Source: Candidatus Sigynarchaeum calidifontis (GTDB lineage Archaea; Asgardarchaeota; Lokiarchaeia; Sigyniarchaeales; Sigyniarchaeaceae). From it: a stretch of 64,000 bases of DNA. A program made the translations under genes and the position numbers. Below, one piece after another: positions 9,100 through 17,857 of the stretch. The notes below the pieces were generated by a model, which had not been told where the DNA came from, did not search any database, and was given only the letters and a program-made list of their open reading frames with translations. Every line of letters starts with the position of its first letter. The stretch's first letter is position 1. The DNA lies in contig JAUQYZ020000114.1 in assembly GCA_030587475.2 (NCBI GenBank), positions 1-64,000 of the forward strand, read 5' to 3'.

Positions 9100-10257
9100 A
9101 TGTCGGCAAAAACAATCCTCAAGTTCCAGCAAGCGTGGAGTCGTTCCTTCAAGAAGGCGATCTATAGCTGCGCCATCGCGAACCTCGTCGGCGACCAGAA
9201 ACCAGAGATCGTCGGTTGCTCGTTCTCGGCCGAGATGCGGGTGTTCGACTTGAAGGGGAACGAGCTCTTCGCCACGGAGTTCTCGCCCAGCATCACGACA
9301 TTCAAGCCTGCCTCGGTGACCAAGAAAGGTGCCGTCGAGCTCGTCTCCGGCGACATGGACGGTTTCGTGCGGGTGATGGACATGAACGGCAATCCCGTGT
9401 GGACGACCAACGTGAAGTCGCCCGTGATCTGCATGGAGCTGGGGGACTTGCACGGCGACGCTCGCAAGGAGATCGTGGTCGGACTCGAAAACAAGAAGAT
9501 CGTCGTCATTGACAATAGCGGCGCCATCGAGCTCGAGTTCGCGATGGAAGAGGCGATCGTGGATATCGCCATCGCTTGGCTGAAGAACGTGCCAGACGCG
9601 CGGATCGCCGTCTTGCTTCGGTCCGGGTCCGTGGTTATGCTCGACCTGGCCGGCCGGCTGGTTCCCGCCTTCAAGATCGAGGAACGGGGCACAAGCATCG
9701 CGTTCGTCCAGTACCGATCGCACTCGTTCATTGCCATCGGTGACAAGGCCGGTGCCTTGCGGATCTACACGCCAGAAGGCGAGATCGTTGGAAAAATCGA
9801 GCTCGGGGCGAAAGTCGGCTGCATCGATGGTTTTACTGGATTCGGCGCGGAAGGTGGCGACGTGCTCTTGGCAGCATCGGCCGGCAGCGAGCTGTACTTG
9901 TTCCGGATCGAGGCCGAGCGACTTGCGCCGGAACCGGTCGAAAACAGCGCTGCCTACGTTCGCCGCATGACCATCAAGGACAGCCAGGCCATCATCGAGA
10001 AGGAGGCCGTGAGCAAGATCAAGAAGATGATGCAAGTCTCCAAGCGGCTCCGGGTGGACATGATGCGCGATGCCCTGGGCATCGACACGAAAACATTCTC
10101 GAGCAAGATGATAGACTGGGCTGCACAGTTCGGTTTCCAGATCGATGGGGATTACGTGGATTTCAGTACCGGCGATACGAACGGCTTCATCAACGAGCTG
10201 GATTCTTATTTCACGGACTGGGCACAAAAAACAAAAACCAAGCAAGGAAAGATATGA
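9100..10257 (+). CDS. FG-GAP-like beta-propeller protein with C-terminal PCI-like winged-helix domain
   Basis: Repeated blades IANLVGDQKPEIV, ELVSGDMDG.VRV and LGDLHGDARKEIVVG. C-terminus KKMMQVSKRLRVDMMRDALG...DWAAQFGFQIDGDYV. Start taken at the ATG of MSAKT. Confidence 0.65.
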   Translation: MSAKTILKFQQAWSRSFKKAIYSCAIANLVGDQKPEIVGCSFSAEMRVFDLKGNELFATEFSPSITTFKPASVTKKGAVELVSGDMDGFVRVMDMNGNPVWTTNVKSPVICMELGDLHGDARKEIVVGLENKKIVVIDNSGAIELEFAMEEAIVDIAIAWLKNVPDARIAVLLRSGSVVMLDLAGRLVPAFKIEERGTSIAFVQYRSHSFIAIGDKAGALRIYTPEGEIVGKIELGAKVGCIDGFTGFGAEGGDVLLAASAGSELYLFRIEAERLAPEPVENSAAYVRRMTIKDSQAIIEKEAVSKIKKMMQVSKRLRVDMMRDALGIDTKTFSSKMIDWAAQFGFQIDGDYVDFSTGDTNGFINELDSYFTDWAQKTKTKQGKI

Positions 10258-10289
10258 AGAGTTAGAAAAAAATCGAGAATTGTTCGTTT

Positions 10290-11066
10290 TCACACGTCCT
10301 GTACCATGATCCTTTCCTTTTTTCGCAGTACGCCCCTCACGACCGCGATGCCAGCCATCGCTCCCAAGAGTACCAGCACGCTCGTGAAACCTTCCACGAC
10401 CGGCGGTTCATCGCCTCCCCCCGGCGTGTACGTGTATGTCCAGATGATGACCGGGCGCCATTCCAGGTGTTCGACTTGTTCCTTTGTCGGTAGCGTAACT
10501 TGAAAAAGCGGGGATGTGCTCGTTGCATTCAGGCGGATAGAGATTTCATCCCGTCCCGTTATGTAATCCGTGATGTTGATGTAGAAGTACGTTGGGTTTC
10601 CCACCACGGCCAGGTCGGTGATATGCGTCGTGCCAGGGGGCCTATTGGTCCAGTTAAGCGTGGATTCCTCCCAGGGCGCGTCGACGATGGTGATCCGGAG
10701 GGTGCCGTATTGGTAGGTCATAGCATATAACCGGATCACGGCGCTGGTGAGATTTGCTGGTTTTCCCGTGTAATTGAAATGGAAGAACGCCTCCATGAAG
10801 ATCAGCGGCGGATCCATATCGGCAATACCTGCATAGACCTGCGACACGGAGCCCATATTAGCCGCTGGTAAATCGCTTCTACACCCTGTATCCTTGTCTG
10901 CGAGGGTGGTCTTGGTTCCGGTTGCTACTGCTTGAATCGCTCTTGTTGTGATGGCACAACTCGCCCCGACGATCAAGAAGAAGGAAAGCCAGAAAAGAAT
11001 GTACTTAGTGCTCGCGTGTATGATCTCAGCCTCTAAATAACTCTTTGTCGTGAGATGCTTGATCAC
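10290..11066 (-). CDS. Secreted DNRLRE/CBM96-like surface protein with C-terminal sorting signal
   Basis: N-terminal hydrophobic segment; ADKDT, EAFFHF, SAVIRLY, WEESTLNWTNRP and TKE...RP motifs; C-terminal VEGF + TM + RKK. Start uncertain. Confidence 0.65.
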   Translation of the reverse strand: MIKHLTTKSYLEAEIIHASTKYILFWLSFFLIVGASCAITTRAIQAVATGTKTTLADKDTGCRSDLPAANMGSVSQVYAGIADMDPPLIFMEAFFHFNYTGKPANLTSAVIRLYAMTYQYGTLRITIVDAPWEESTLNWTNRPPGTTHITDLAVVGNPTYFYINITDYITGRDEISIRLNATSTSPLFQVTLPTKEQVEHLEWRPVIIWTYTYTPGGGDEPPVVEGFTSVLVLLGAMAGIAVVRGVLRKKERIMVQDV

Positions 11067-11168
11067 AATCCGAGAGGATAATTAAACTTGCAAACGTCTC
11101 GCCTCCTTCAAAACATCTCATCTACCATCTGAACTTTTTTAAATGCCGGAAAGGCGCTAGAAGTGTCC

Positions 11169-12998
11169 ATGAGACACGAAATTTACCTCGATGGGATCTG
11201 GGCATATCTCGCCGACACGAGAAACGAGTTCAAGGACGTTGACGGCAAGGCATTCGAGTCGCGGTTGGGCGATCTCGTAGCGGCGAGGCCTTGGAAAAAA
11301 TGTTTCGTGCCGTCAGTGACGAACTTGCACGACAAGGCGCTGTTCCGGTTCTTTGGCAAGGTGTTTTACAAGGTATCCTTCAAGACACCCGCGGGGGCGC
11401 GGGATCATCTCGTCAGCCTCAAGTTCGGCGGGGTCAACTACAAGGCGATCGCGTGGCTAAATGGCAGGTATCTCGGCCAGCACGAGAACGGGTACACCGA
11501 ATTCTCGTTTGATATCGGCGGTTTCTTGAACCACGATCCTTCCGGTGCGGAAGATAACCAGCTGGTCGTGCTCGTCGATAACTCGTGGGGACACAAGGAC
11601 TGGCTACCCTGGACGCACAAGGTCGACTGGTTCAACTACAACGGCATCCACCGGAGCGTGCGGCTCGTCGTGAAGCCGCTCGTGCGCGTCTCGGATTACG
11701 AGATCCGTGGTCCCATGGAATTCCCGCCCGGCGATTCGGTCAGGCCCGTGAAGATCTCGCTGCTCGCCCGCGTCGTGATGGAGAACCGGTCGACCTCGAA
11801 CTTCCCCGGCGCGGTGCAAATCGAGCTCGCGGATGGATCCACGGGTAAAAAACTCGTTTCGGCGATCGAGATGGTCACGATCATCGCGGGGGGCAAAACA
11901 GAACAGGATTTCGAGTTAGCGCTTGACCCCTCCACCATCACGCTTTGGTCCCCCGATTCCCCCGTGTTGTACCGCGTGACGTTCCGCATCCTCGATGCCA
12001 AGAACCTGAAGGTCGACGAGCGCTCGTGGAAGTGGGGGTTCAAGAAGTTCGAGACGCGCGGGGAGAAATTCTATTTGAACAACAAGCGGTTCGTCATGCT
12101 CGGCACCAACCGGCACGAGGATCACCCTGATTTTGGCCTTGCATTGCCGGATTCCTTGCGATACCAGGATCTCGTGAAGATGAAGGGCGCCGGCATCAAC
12201 TGTTTCCGCGGCTCGCATTACCCGGTCGGCAAGGCCTTGCTCGATTTTTGCGACGAGCTCGGGATACTCTTCGTCGAGGAGATCCCGGCCTATTCACTCG
12301 ATGCGACGACGATGGCCGACCCAAGCGTCCTCGAGACTGCCAAGCGCTGCTTCGACGAGATGCACGACCGGGACAAGAACCACGTGTGCCTCGTCGCATG
12401 GTCGGTGAGCAATGAATGCCACACGGAAACAAGCGAAGGTTTTATCTTCCACGAGGCGCTATATAAACACGTCCGGGCAGTCGACAAGGGCGAGCGCATG
12501 GTCATCCACGTGTCGAACAAGGGGGCCATGGATCGTTGCCACGTGCTGTCCGATTTCGTCACGATGAACATCTACAAGGGTTGGTACAGCGGTGAAATGT
12601 CGGATTTCATGCAAGAGGCGAACCTGGTTCACGAGATCTTGCTTGACGAGGATCACGAGCTCGGGCCGCCCCGGCCGATCGTGCTAACCGAGTTCGGTGC
12701 CGAGGGCCTGCGCGGGTACCGCAGCTGGCAAGCGTCCAAGTGGTCGGAGGACTACCAGGCAGAATTCTTGAAATATTACATCTCCGAGTGCATGAAGCAC
12801 GACGATTTCATCGGCGGCACGTGGACGTGGATGTACTCGGACACGCGGGTTGACCTGCCCGATCGACCAGACGGGCGCCCGCGTAGCTACAACAACAAGG
12901 GCATGGTCGACGAGTTCCGCAGCCCGAAGCTCGCGTATGGCGTCATCCGGGATTTGTACGCGAGATGGAAAGAAAAGGTAGGGAATTCACGAGGTTGA
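11169..12998 (+). CDS. GH2 glycoside hydrolase, probable beta-glucuronidase
   Basis: H.NGYTEF, DWFNYNGIHR, NRHED, RGSHYP, WSVSNE (acid/base), TEFGAE (nucleophile) and the NxKG glucuronidase motif (YNNKG). Confidence 0.85.
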   Translation: MRHEIYLDGIWAYLADTRNEFKDVDGKAFESRLGDLVAARPWKKCFVPSVTNLHDKALFRFFGKVFYKVSFKTPAGARDHLVSLKFGGVNYKAIAWLNGRYLGQHENGYTEFSFDIGGFLNHDPSGAEDNQLVVLVDNSWGHKDWLPWTHKVDWFNYNGIHRSVRLVVKPLVRVSDYEIRGPMEFPPGDSVRPVKISLLARVVMENRSTSNFPGAVQIELADGSTGKKLVSAIEMVTIIAGGKTEQDFELALDPSTITLWSPDSPVLYRVTFRILDAKNLKVDERSWKWGFKKFETRGEKFYLNNKRFVMLGTNRHEDHPDFGLALPDSLRYQDLVKMKGAGINCFRGSHYPVGKALLDFCDELGILFVEEIPAYSLDATTMADPSVLETAKRCFDEMHDRDKNHVCLVAWSVSNECHTETSEGFIFHEALYKHVRAVDKGERMVIHVSNKGAMDRCHVLSDFVTMNIYKGWYSGEMSDFMQEANLVHEILLDEDHELGPPRPIVLTEFGAEGLRGYRSWQASKWSEDYQAEFLKYYISECMKHDDFIGGTWTWMYSDTRVDLPDRPDGRPRSYNNKGMVDEFRSPKLAYGVIRDLYARWKEKVGNSRG

Positions 12999-13015
12999 TC
13001 TTTTTTTCTATACCG

Positions 13016-13918
13016 CTACCCTCGGGATTTCGCTGCAGCAACCACTTCCGCGATGCGTTGCTTCGCGCTGGCGCGTTCCTCCGCCTCGATGCGTTCGATG
13101 GCAGCGCGAAGGCCATGTTTCTTGACGAAAGGAATGCCATCGTAACTCATCCAGAGCAAGACGAGCGGTACGAAGAAAAACAAGCCGATGAAAACATCGA
13201 CGCCAAGATCTGCCTCCCCGCCAGTCAAGTGATATGCCATTGGTTCGGATCCAGACAAGAGCGGTCCCACGAAGGCAATGAGAAGCGGCGCGATACCTGC
13301 AAGGATGACGATGACCGACGCGATCTGGAAGTGCTTGCTGCTTCGCTGCATGACGAACATCATGAGCAAGAGCGTGATGGCAAGGACGGAAACCAGATAC
13401 GGGAGGTACTCGGGGTAACCGTAATAATTGCCGCACGGGAACCTGCCCGTTGCCAGTATCGAGTCCATGGAAAACCACCAGTCATTGCCGAACCAGATTG
13501 CACCCCACGGGATATCGTATGGGCCGCCTGGATAGCTGGCCGTGGGCGGATGGCCGATGATGTCGATAAACAGGTGCAAGAGACCGCCAGCCGCTACGAG
13601 ACAAAAGACTTCCGGGATCGTGATGATTGCTTCCTTGGCTGGATCTCGCTTCGTGACCTTGAATGGTACCCACTGGAGCGAGAACTTGGTGAAAATTGAC
13701 CACGCGAACGCGAGGGGAATGGCAGCAACGATCCATCCATACCCGTGAAAAAACCAATACGCTTGATTACCCCAATCGAGGAACCCGAACATGTCCGGGC
13801 CGACGAGCGAGTTGACGGTGAAGATGATGGCGTGTTTTATGGAAAATTTGCCACGGGTTGCCTTGTACAAGAACAAGGACAAGCCTAAATTAAAAACGAT
13901 GTGTGCTGTGCCAGGCAT
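13016..13918 (-). CDS. Polytopic membrane protein, probable membrane-bound metal-dependent hydrolase (YdjM-like)
   Basis: N-terminal H, GPD, HG and HLFID pattern with 6-7 TM segments. Confidence 0.5.
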   Translation of the reverse strand: MPGTAHIVFNLGLSLFLYKATRGKFSIKHAIIFTVNSLVGPDMFGFLDWGNQAYWFFHGYGWIVAAIPLAFAWSIFTKFSLQWVPFKVTKRDPAKEAIITIPEVFCLVAAGGLLHLFIDIIGHPPTASYPGGPYDIPWGAIWFGNDWWFSMDSILATGRFPCGNYYGYPEYLPYLVSVLAITLLLMMFVMQRSSKHFQIASVIVILAGIAPLLIAFVGPLLSGSEPMAYHLTGGEADLGVDVFIGLFFFVPLVLLWMSYDGIPFVKKHGLRAAIERIEAEERASAKQRIAEVVAAAKSRG

Positions 13919-14086
13919 AGTCGTCCATCAGCTCGGGAGGTAATAAGATTGCCCTCGCACGAGATATTAATGCTTCTGAGGGAAACCAACGAGTCTCGCA
14001 CTCGGATCCGGCCTCCTTGGAAGGACTCGGATGGCATGAAGCGTGAAAAATGGGGCGGTCCCGTTTACCACGAATGGCCAGCTACC

Positions 14087-15817
14087 TCAATCCAGCATGG
14101 CCAATCGTGGTGCGAGGGGGAGCATCAAGAACAGCGCGGCGATGCAGCTCGCGACGATGATGATGACCGAAACCACGGGATGCTTGAAGAGGAAACTCCG
14201 CTTCCCGGGATCCACCACTATCTTCCGTTCTTGAGCGGCAACATCGAATCTTGTCTTGATCCGGTGGATGACGAAGAGATACAGGCCAAAGATCCCGCAT
14301 GACCAGGCAATCCACGAAAGGATTTGTAGCGGGTCGAGAGTCAGCACGTAATTGAGGAAATCCTCTATCACGCCGAAATCACGGAGAGAACGGGGGAAAT
14401 GCACCTTGTCCGGGGTGAAACGAACCAGGATGGCCTCGTGCGTGTTGTTTTTCAAGGCGGCAAAGATCGAATCCACCGTTATATTTGCGGGGTCAGCCAA
14501 CTTGACCTTCATGAAGGAATTGAGCGGGCCATTGCTATGCTCGTCGCTCCCGGCGAGGCATGCCAGGGTATGGTTGTGATCCAAGCAGAATTGCCGGATC
14601 TGGGCGGCTTTCTCGTCGCCCCCGTTCACGATCTCGAACCCGTCGACGCCCCAATCCAATAATTGCTGGTAGGTATAGGGGCCCGAGCCTGGCGGCTCGT
14701 AATGGTTCACGGTCACGTAGCCACCATGGGCTTTCACGTAGGCTATCATGTCGCTCACGTTCATGCAGTTCGGGCTGAACGGCTGCCCTTGAAACTCGAT
14801 GGGTGACAGGCATTCCTCGAGGCCATACACGTTCAAGTGGATATCGGGAACGTACGACGTGAATTCTTGCGCGACGATCACGGTGAAGTCGAGGTTGAAA
14901 GCCTTCACGTATTCCCTTGCTCGTAACGCGCCCCTCGTGTTCTGGTGATCCGAAAAGGCCGCCACGTGTATGCCCTGGGAAATGTACCAGTCCACACGTT
15001 CTTCAGGTGACAACCAACCATCGCTCATGGTCGTGTGCACGTGAAGATCAATAAGGATTTCACCATCGGCGAGTTTAGGGCGAAGTAATTGCGTCGGGAC
15101 TTGGGTGCTGATCATGTTCATGCAGAACATCGCAAAAAAGAGGAAAATTGACAATCCGTACCTCGTCTCCCTTCCGATGACGTCCCACGTCTTGTGGTTC
15201 CAGTACCGGCCAGATTTTCTAGACAAGGTCGTCCACGGTTTTGGTTTCTTCACCCTCAACTGCGCCGTGGGTTTACACAGCGTTATCACGTTGCGAGCAA
15301 GCTTCAGCACGAGCAGCACGAGCCATGATACGATCGACATTTGAACGACGGCCATGAAATGATAGTGAAAGAAGAGCTCACCTTGAGCGCTATAACCGAC
15401 GAGCAAGACAAGGATACCGATCAAGAACGTCAAGATGCAGTATTTCCAGTAAAAATTCATGAAGTTCCTGGCATAGGCGGCGAGTATACCAATTTTCTTG
15501 TTTCCACGTCGCGTGACCTTTTCGATGCCGAGGAACACGACCCTGATGGCGAGATATACCAAGGTAAAGACCAGTAGCGCATCGGTCGAGTTTATCGCGA
15601 TCGCGAGCGTGAAGCCAACGAACGGCTCGAACACGTATCGAAGGGCTGGAACTTCAACTGCATATTCCGACGTGACGTCTTTTTGCCCGAGTGCATCGAA
15701 AAAAGTCGTTTGATGCGATGCGAAGCTGCCCGTGATAATGAGGAAAACGAGCCAGGCACAGAACATGATGGCCGGTACGAGATATATTTTGTTTTTCCAC
15801 GCTTTCTTCAAGATCAT
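14087..15817 (-). CDS. Membrane protein with PHP phosphoesterase domain
   Basis: DLHVHTTMSDG, FSDH, QEFT, H.NVYG, VNH, EIVN and GSDEH; several N- and C-terminal TM helices. Start taken at MILKK. Confidence 0.8.
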   Translation of the reverse strand: MILKKAWKNKIYLVPAIMFCAWLVFLIITGSFASHQTTFFDALGQKDVTSEYAVEVPALRYVFEPFVGFTLAIAINSTDALLVFTLVYLAIRVVFLGIEKVTRRGNKKIGILAAYARNFMNFYWKYCILTFLIGILVLLVGYSAQGELFFHYHFMAVVQMSIVSWLVLLVLKLARNVITLCKPTAQLRVKKPKPWTTLSRKSGRYWNHKTWDVIGRETRYGLSIFLFFAMFCMNMISTQVPTQLLRPKLADGEILIDLHVHTTMSDGWLSPEERVDWYISQGIHVAAFSDHQNTRGALRAREYVKAFNLDFTVIVAQEFTSYVPDIHLNVYGLEECLSPIEFQGQPFSPNCMNVSDMIAYVKAHGGYVTVNHYEPPGSGPYTYQQLLDWGVDGFEIVNGGDEKAAQIRQFCLDHNHTLACLAGSDEHSNGPLNSFMKVKLADPANITVDSIFAALKNNTHEAILVRFTPDKVHFPRSLRDFGVIEDFLNYVLTLDPLQILSWIAWSCGIFGLYLFVIHRIKTRFDVAAQERKIVVDPGKRSFLFKHPVVSVIIIVASCIAALFLMLPLAPRLAMLD

Positions 15818-15950
15818 TATGCGATATAGCTTCGTGGATGCAATATAAATGGGTATGTTCCGGCTTGCACTCTTGCGACCATTCCACGACTCCGCCAATA
15901 GCATGCAGTTGAAAGATTCCCTTTAATTCAAGCAAGCTATAGAGCATTCG

Positions 15951-17477
15951 ATGCACATGATGACGGGTTTCGTAGAAGAACCGGCCCGACGAGTCCCCGT
16001 TTTACGTGAAGTGGATATTCTGGTCGTCGGAGGGTCGCACTCTGGGGTAGCAGCAGCGGTTTGCGCGAAACGTGCCAACGCGGATGCCTCTGTATTGCTG
16101 GTCGAGCAGAATGGATTCCTAGGCGGCCAAGCGGTGAGCTGTATGGTCGTGCATTGGGAGTTCCGCGAGTTCACGAACAACGCGGGGCAAGTCATCGCCC
16201 GCGGCATCGGGAAGGAGATCATCCGGCGTATCGTGGAGAAAGGCCACAGCGATCCGCTGTTCAAGGATTGGCTCGACGGCAAAGGACCCCCCTTCAAGGA
16301 TGTCCCGGACGGGCGGGCAAGCAATGACGTCCCTTTGGAGGTCGAGGACATCAAGCTCGTTCTGGCCGAGATGTGCGAGGAGGCCGGCGTGGATGTGTTG
16401 CTACACGCGCGGGCCGTGAACGTGCTTCCGCCGGACATGTCGACGGGAAAACCGGCACCCCGTGGTGTTTTCGTCGAAACCATCAACGGGCGATACGCGA
16501 TCAAGGCAAAGATCGTCGTGGATTGTTCCGCGAACGCGGACGTGGCGTACTGGATGGGCGAGGCCCACGTCCCCAAGGTGCAAGCCATGGCCATGCAGGC
16601 ATACGCGTGGATCGGTGGCGTCGATTTGGAAACGTTCGTCGAGGAAGGCGTCTTCGGCAATTGCGGCGGTATGCCCTTCTATCCCAATAACAAGCAGCAG
16701 ATGCTTGACCACGTGCACCAGGGCAAAACTATCCTGTGCCGGGGATTCACGCCCGTGATGGACGAGGCCTTCGAAAAGGAGCCAGGACTCATCGATCAAT
16801 TCGAAAAGTCCGGCGCCATCCCGCAAGTGAACTTTTACGTGAAAACCGTCCGCACGCGAAAGGTCGACTGCGGCGGAAAGGTGAAATATCTCGGCACGTT
16901 CGCCATCGAGGGCCCGAGCTTCCGCTGGAGCCAGGTCGACCCGCTCCTCGTGTCCAAGGCCGAGATCGGGCAGTTGAAGGCAGTGGCGGCGCAAGCACGA
17001 ATGCATTCCTACTTGCCCGGCTGGAGCTCATCGTTCCTCGACCGGACGGTCTCGTCCATCGGTTTCCGCCAGACACGGATCCCGAACGGCGTGTATCGAC
17101 TCACGCGGGCGGATATCGTGGAACACCGGCGGTTCGACGACGTGATCGGCCGCCACACGGGGCACGATGTCGGGCGCCGGGCGCCGGGCGGGGAACTCGG
17201 CTATGATATTCCCTATCGATGCCTGGTTCCTGCGAACATCGACGGGTTGCTGTTCGGGGCACGATGCGTGAGCGTCGAGACGGAGGAAGCCGACGAACAT
17301 TTAACGGCGCTGAACTCGCACCGTGGTATATCCTCAACCATGATCGTTAGCCAGGCGTCGGGCGTCGCAGCGGCGCTGTGCGTGAAGTATAACGTTGAGC
17401 CACGGGCGCTTGACGTGAAATTACTTCAAGCAGAACTGCGGCGCCAGGACGTGATACTCGAAGCTCCTGAAATTTGA
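15951..17477 (+). CDS. FAD-dependent oxidoreductase (FAD_oxidored family)
   Basis: DILVVGGSHSGVAAA, LVEQ..FLGG, VVDCSANADVA, YDIPYRCLVP..IDGLL.GARC and QASGVAAAL...LQAEL. Confidence 0.85.
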   Translation: MHMMTGFVEEPARRVPVLREVDILVVGGSHSGVAAAVCAKRANADASVLLVEQNGFLGGQAVSCMVVHWEFREFTNNAGQVIARGIGKEIIRRIVEKGHSDPLFKDWLDGKGPPFKDVPDGRASNDVPLEVEDIKLVLAEMCEEAGVDVLLHARAVNVLPPDMSTGKPAPRGVFVETINGRYAIKAKIVVDCSANADVAYWMGEAHVPKVQAMAMQAYAWIGGVDLETFVEEGVFGNCGGMPFYPNNKQQMLDHVHQGKTILCRGFTPVMDEAFEKEPGLIDQFEKSGAIPQVNFYVKTVRTRKVDCGGKVKYLGTFAIEGPSFRWSQVDPLLVSKAEIGQLKAVAAQARMHSYLPGWSSSFLDRTVSSIGFRQTRIPNGVYRLTRADIVEHRRFDDVIGRHTGHDVGRRAPGGELGYDIPYRCLVPANIDGLLFGARCVSVETEEADEHLTALNSHRGISSTMIVSQASGVAAALCVKYNVEPRALDVKLLQAELRRQDVILEAPEI

Positions 17478-17505
17478 TAGCATTTTTTCTTCAAGAACCA
17501 TGCGG

Positions 17506-17857
17506 CTAAGCACTCACCTCCAGGAAACGACGGATAGCCCTTGTTATGTCGTGCCCCAGCGAGCCGTGCCGTGGTCGTGTTCACCTTGGACCCGGAGGCC
17601 GTGGCATAAGGAATCTCGATCGTGGTAGCGAGTAGCATCCCGGGCAGTTTCCACGCCCACGCGCAAAAGCTGAGCTCTTGTTCCGTATTGCGTGCCGTGT
17701 TCCATGCTTGGCCAAATGTGATATTATCATTGGCATGGAAGCGGAGCGTGCCCCTCTGGAAGCTTTCCAGGGCGGTTGAAAACGCTTCCACGGCCGCCCA
17801 TTGTCGCTCGTCGGGTAATCCGATCATCTGGATCCGCTCGTCATTGAGCGGGTTCGC
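17506..17857 (-). pseudogene. 5'-truncated, frameshifted C-terminal remnant of an M14-like zinc carboxypeptidase
   Basis: Reads ...ERIQMIG...WAWKLPGMLLATTIEIPYA...TTAR; removing one base near 17564 continues as SLGHDITRAIRRFLEVSA-stop, a typical M14 C-terminal helix. No N-terminal zinc-binding region. Confidence 0.6.

Noticed and set aside
9049-10293. Long antisense ORFs (this 414 aa one, 7712-8701, 1513-2832, 52465-53544, 53724-54662 and others)
   Set aside because: They shadow well-supported genes on the opposite strand or frame, lack motifs and are expected from GC-rich codon bias.
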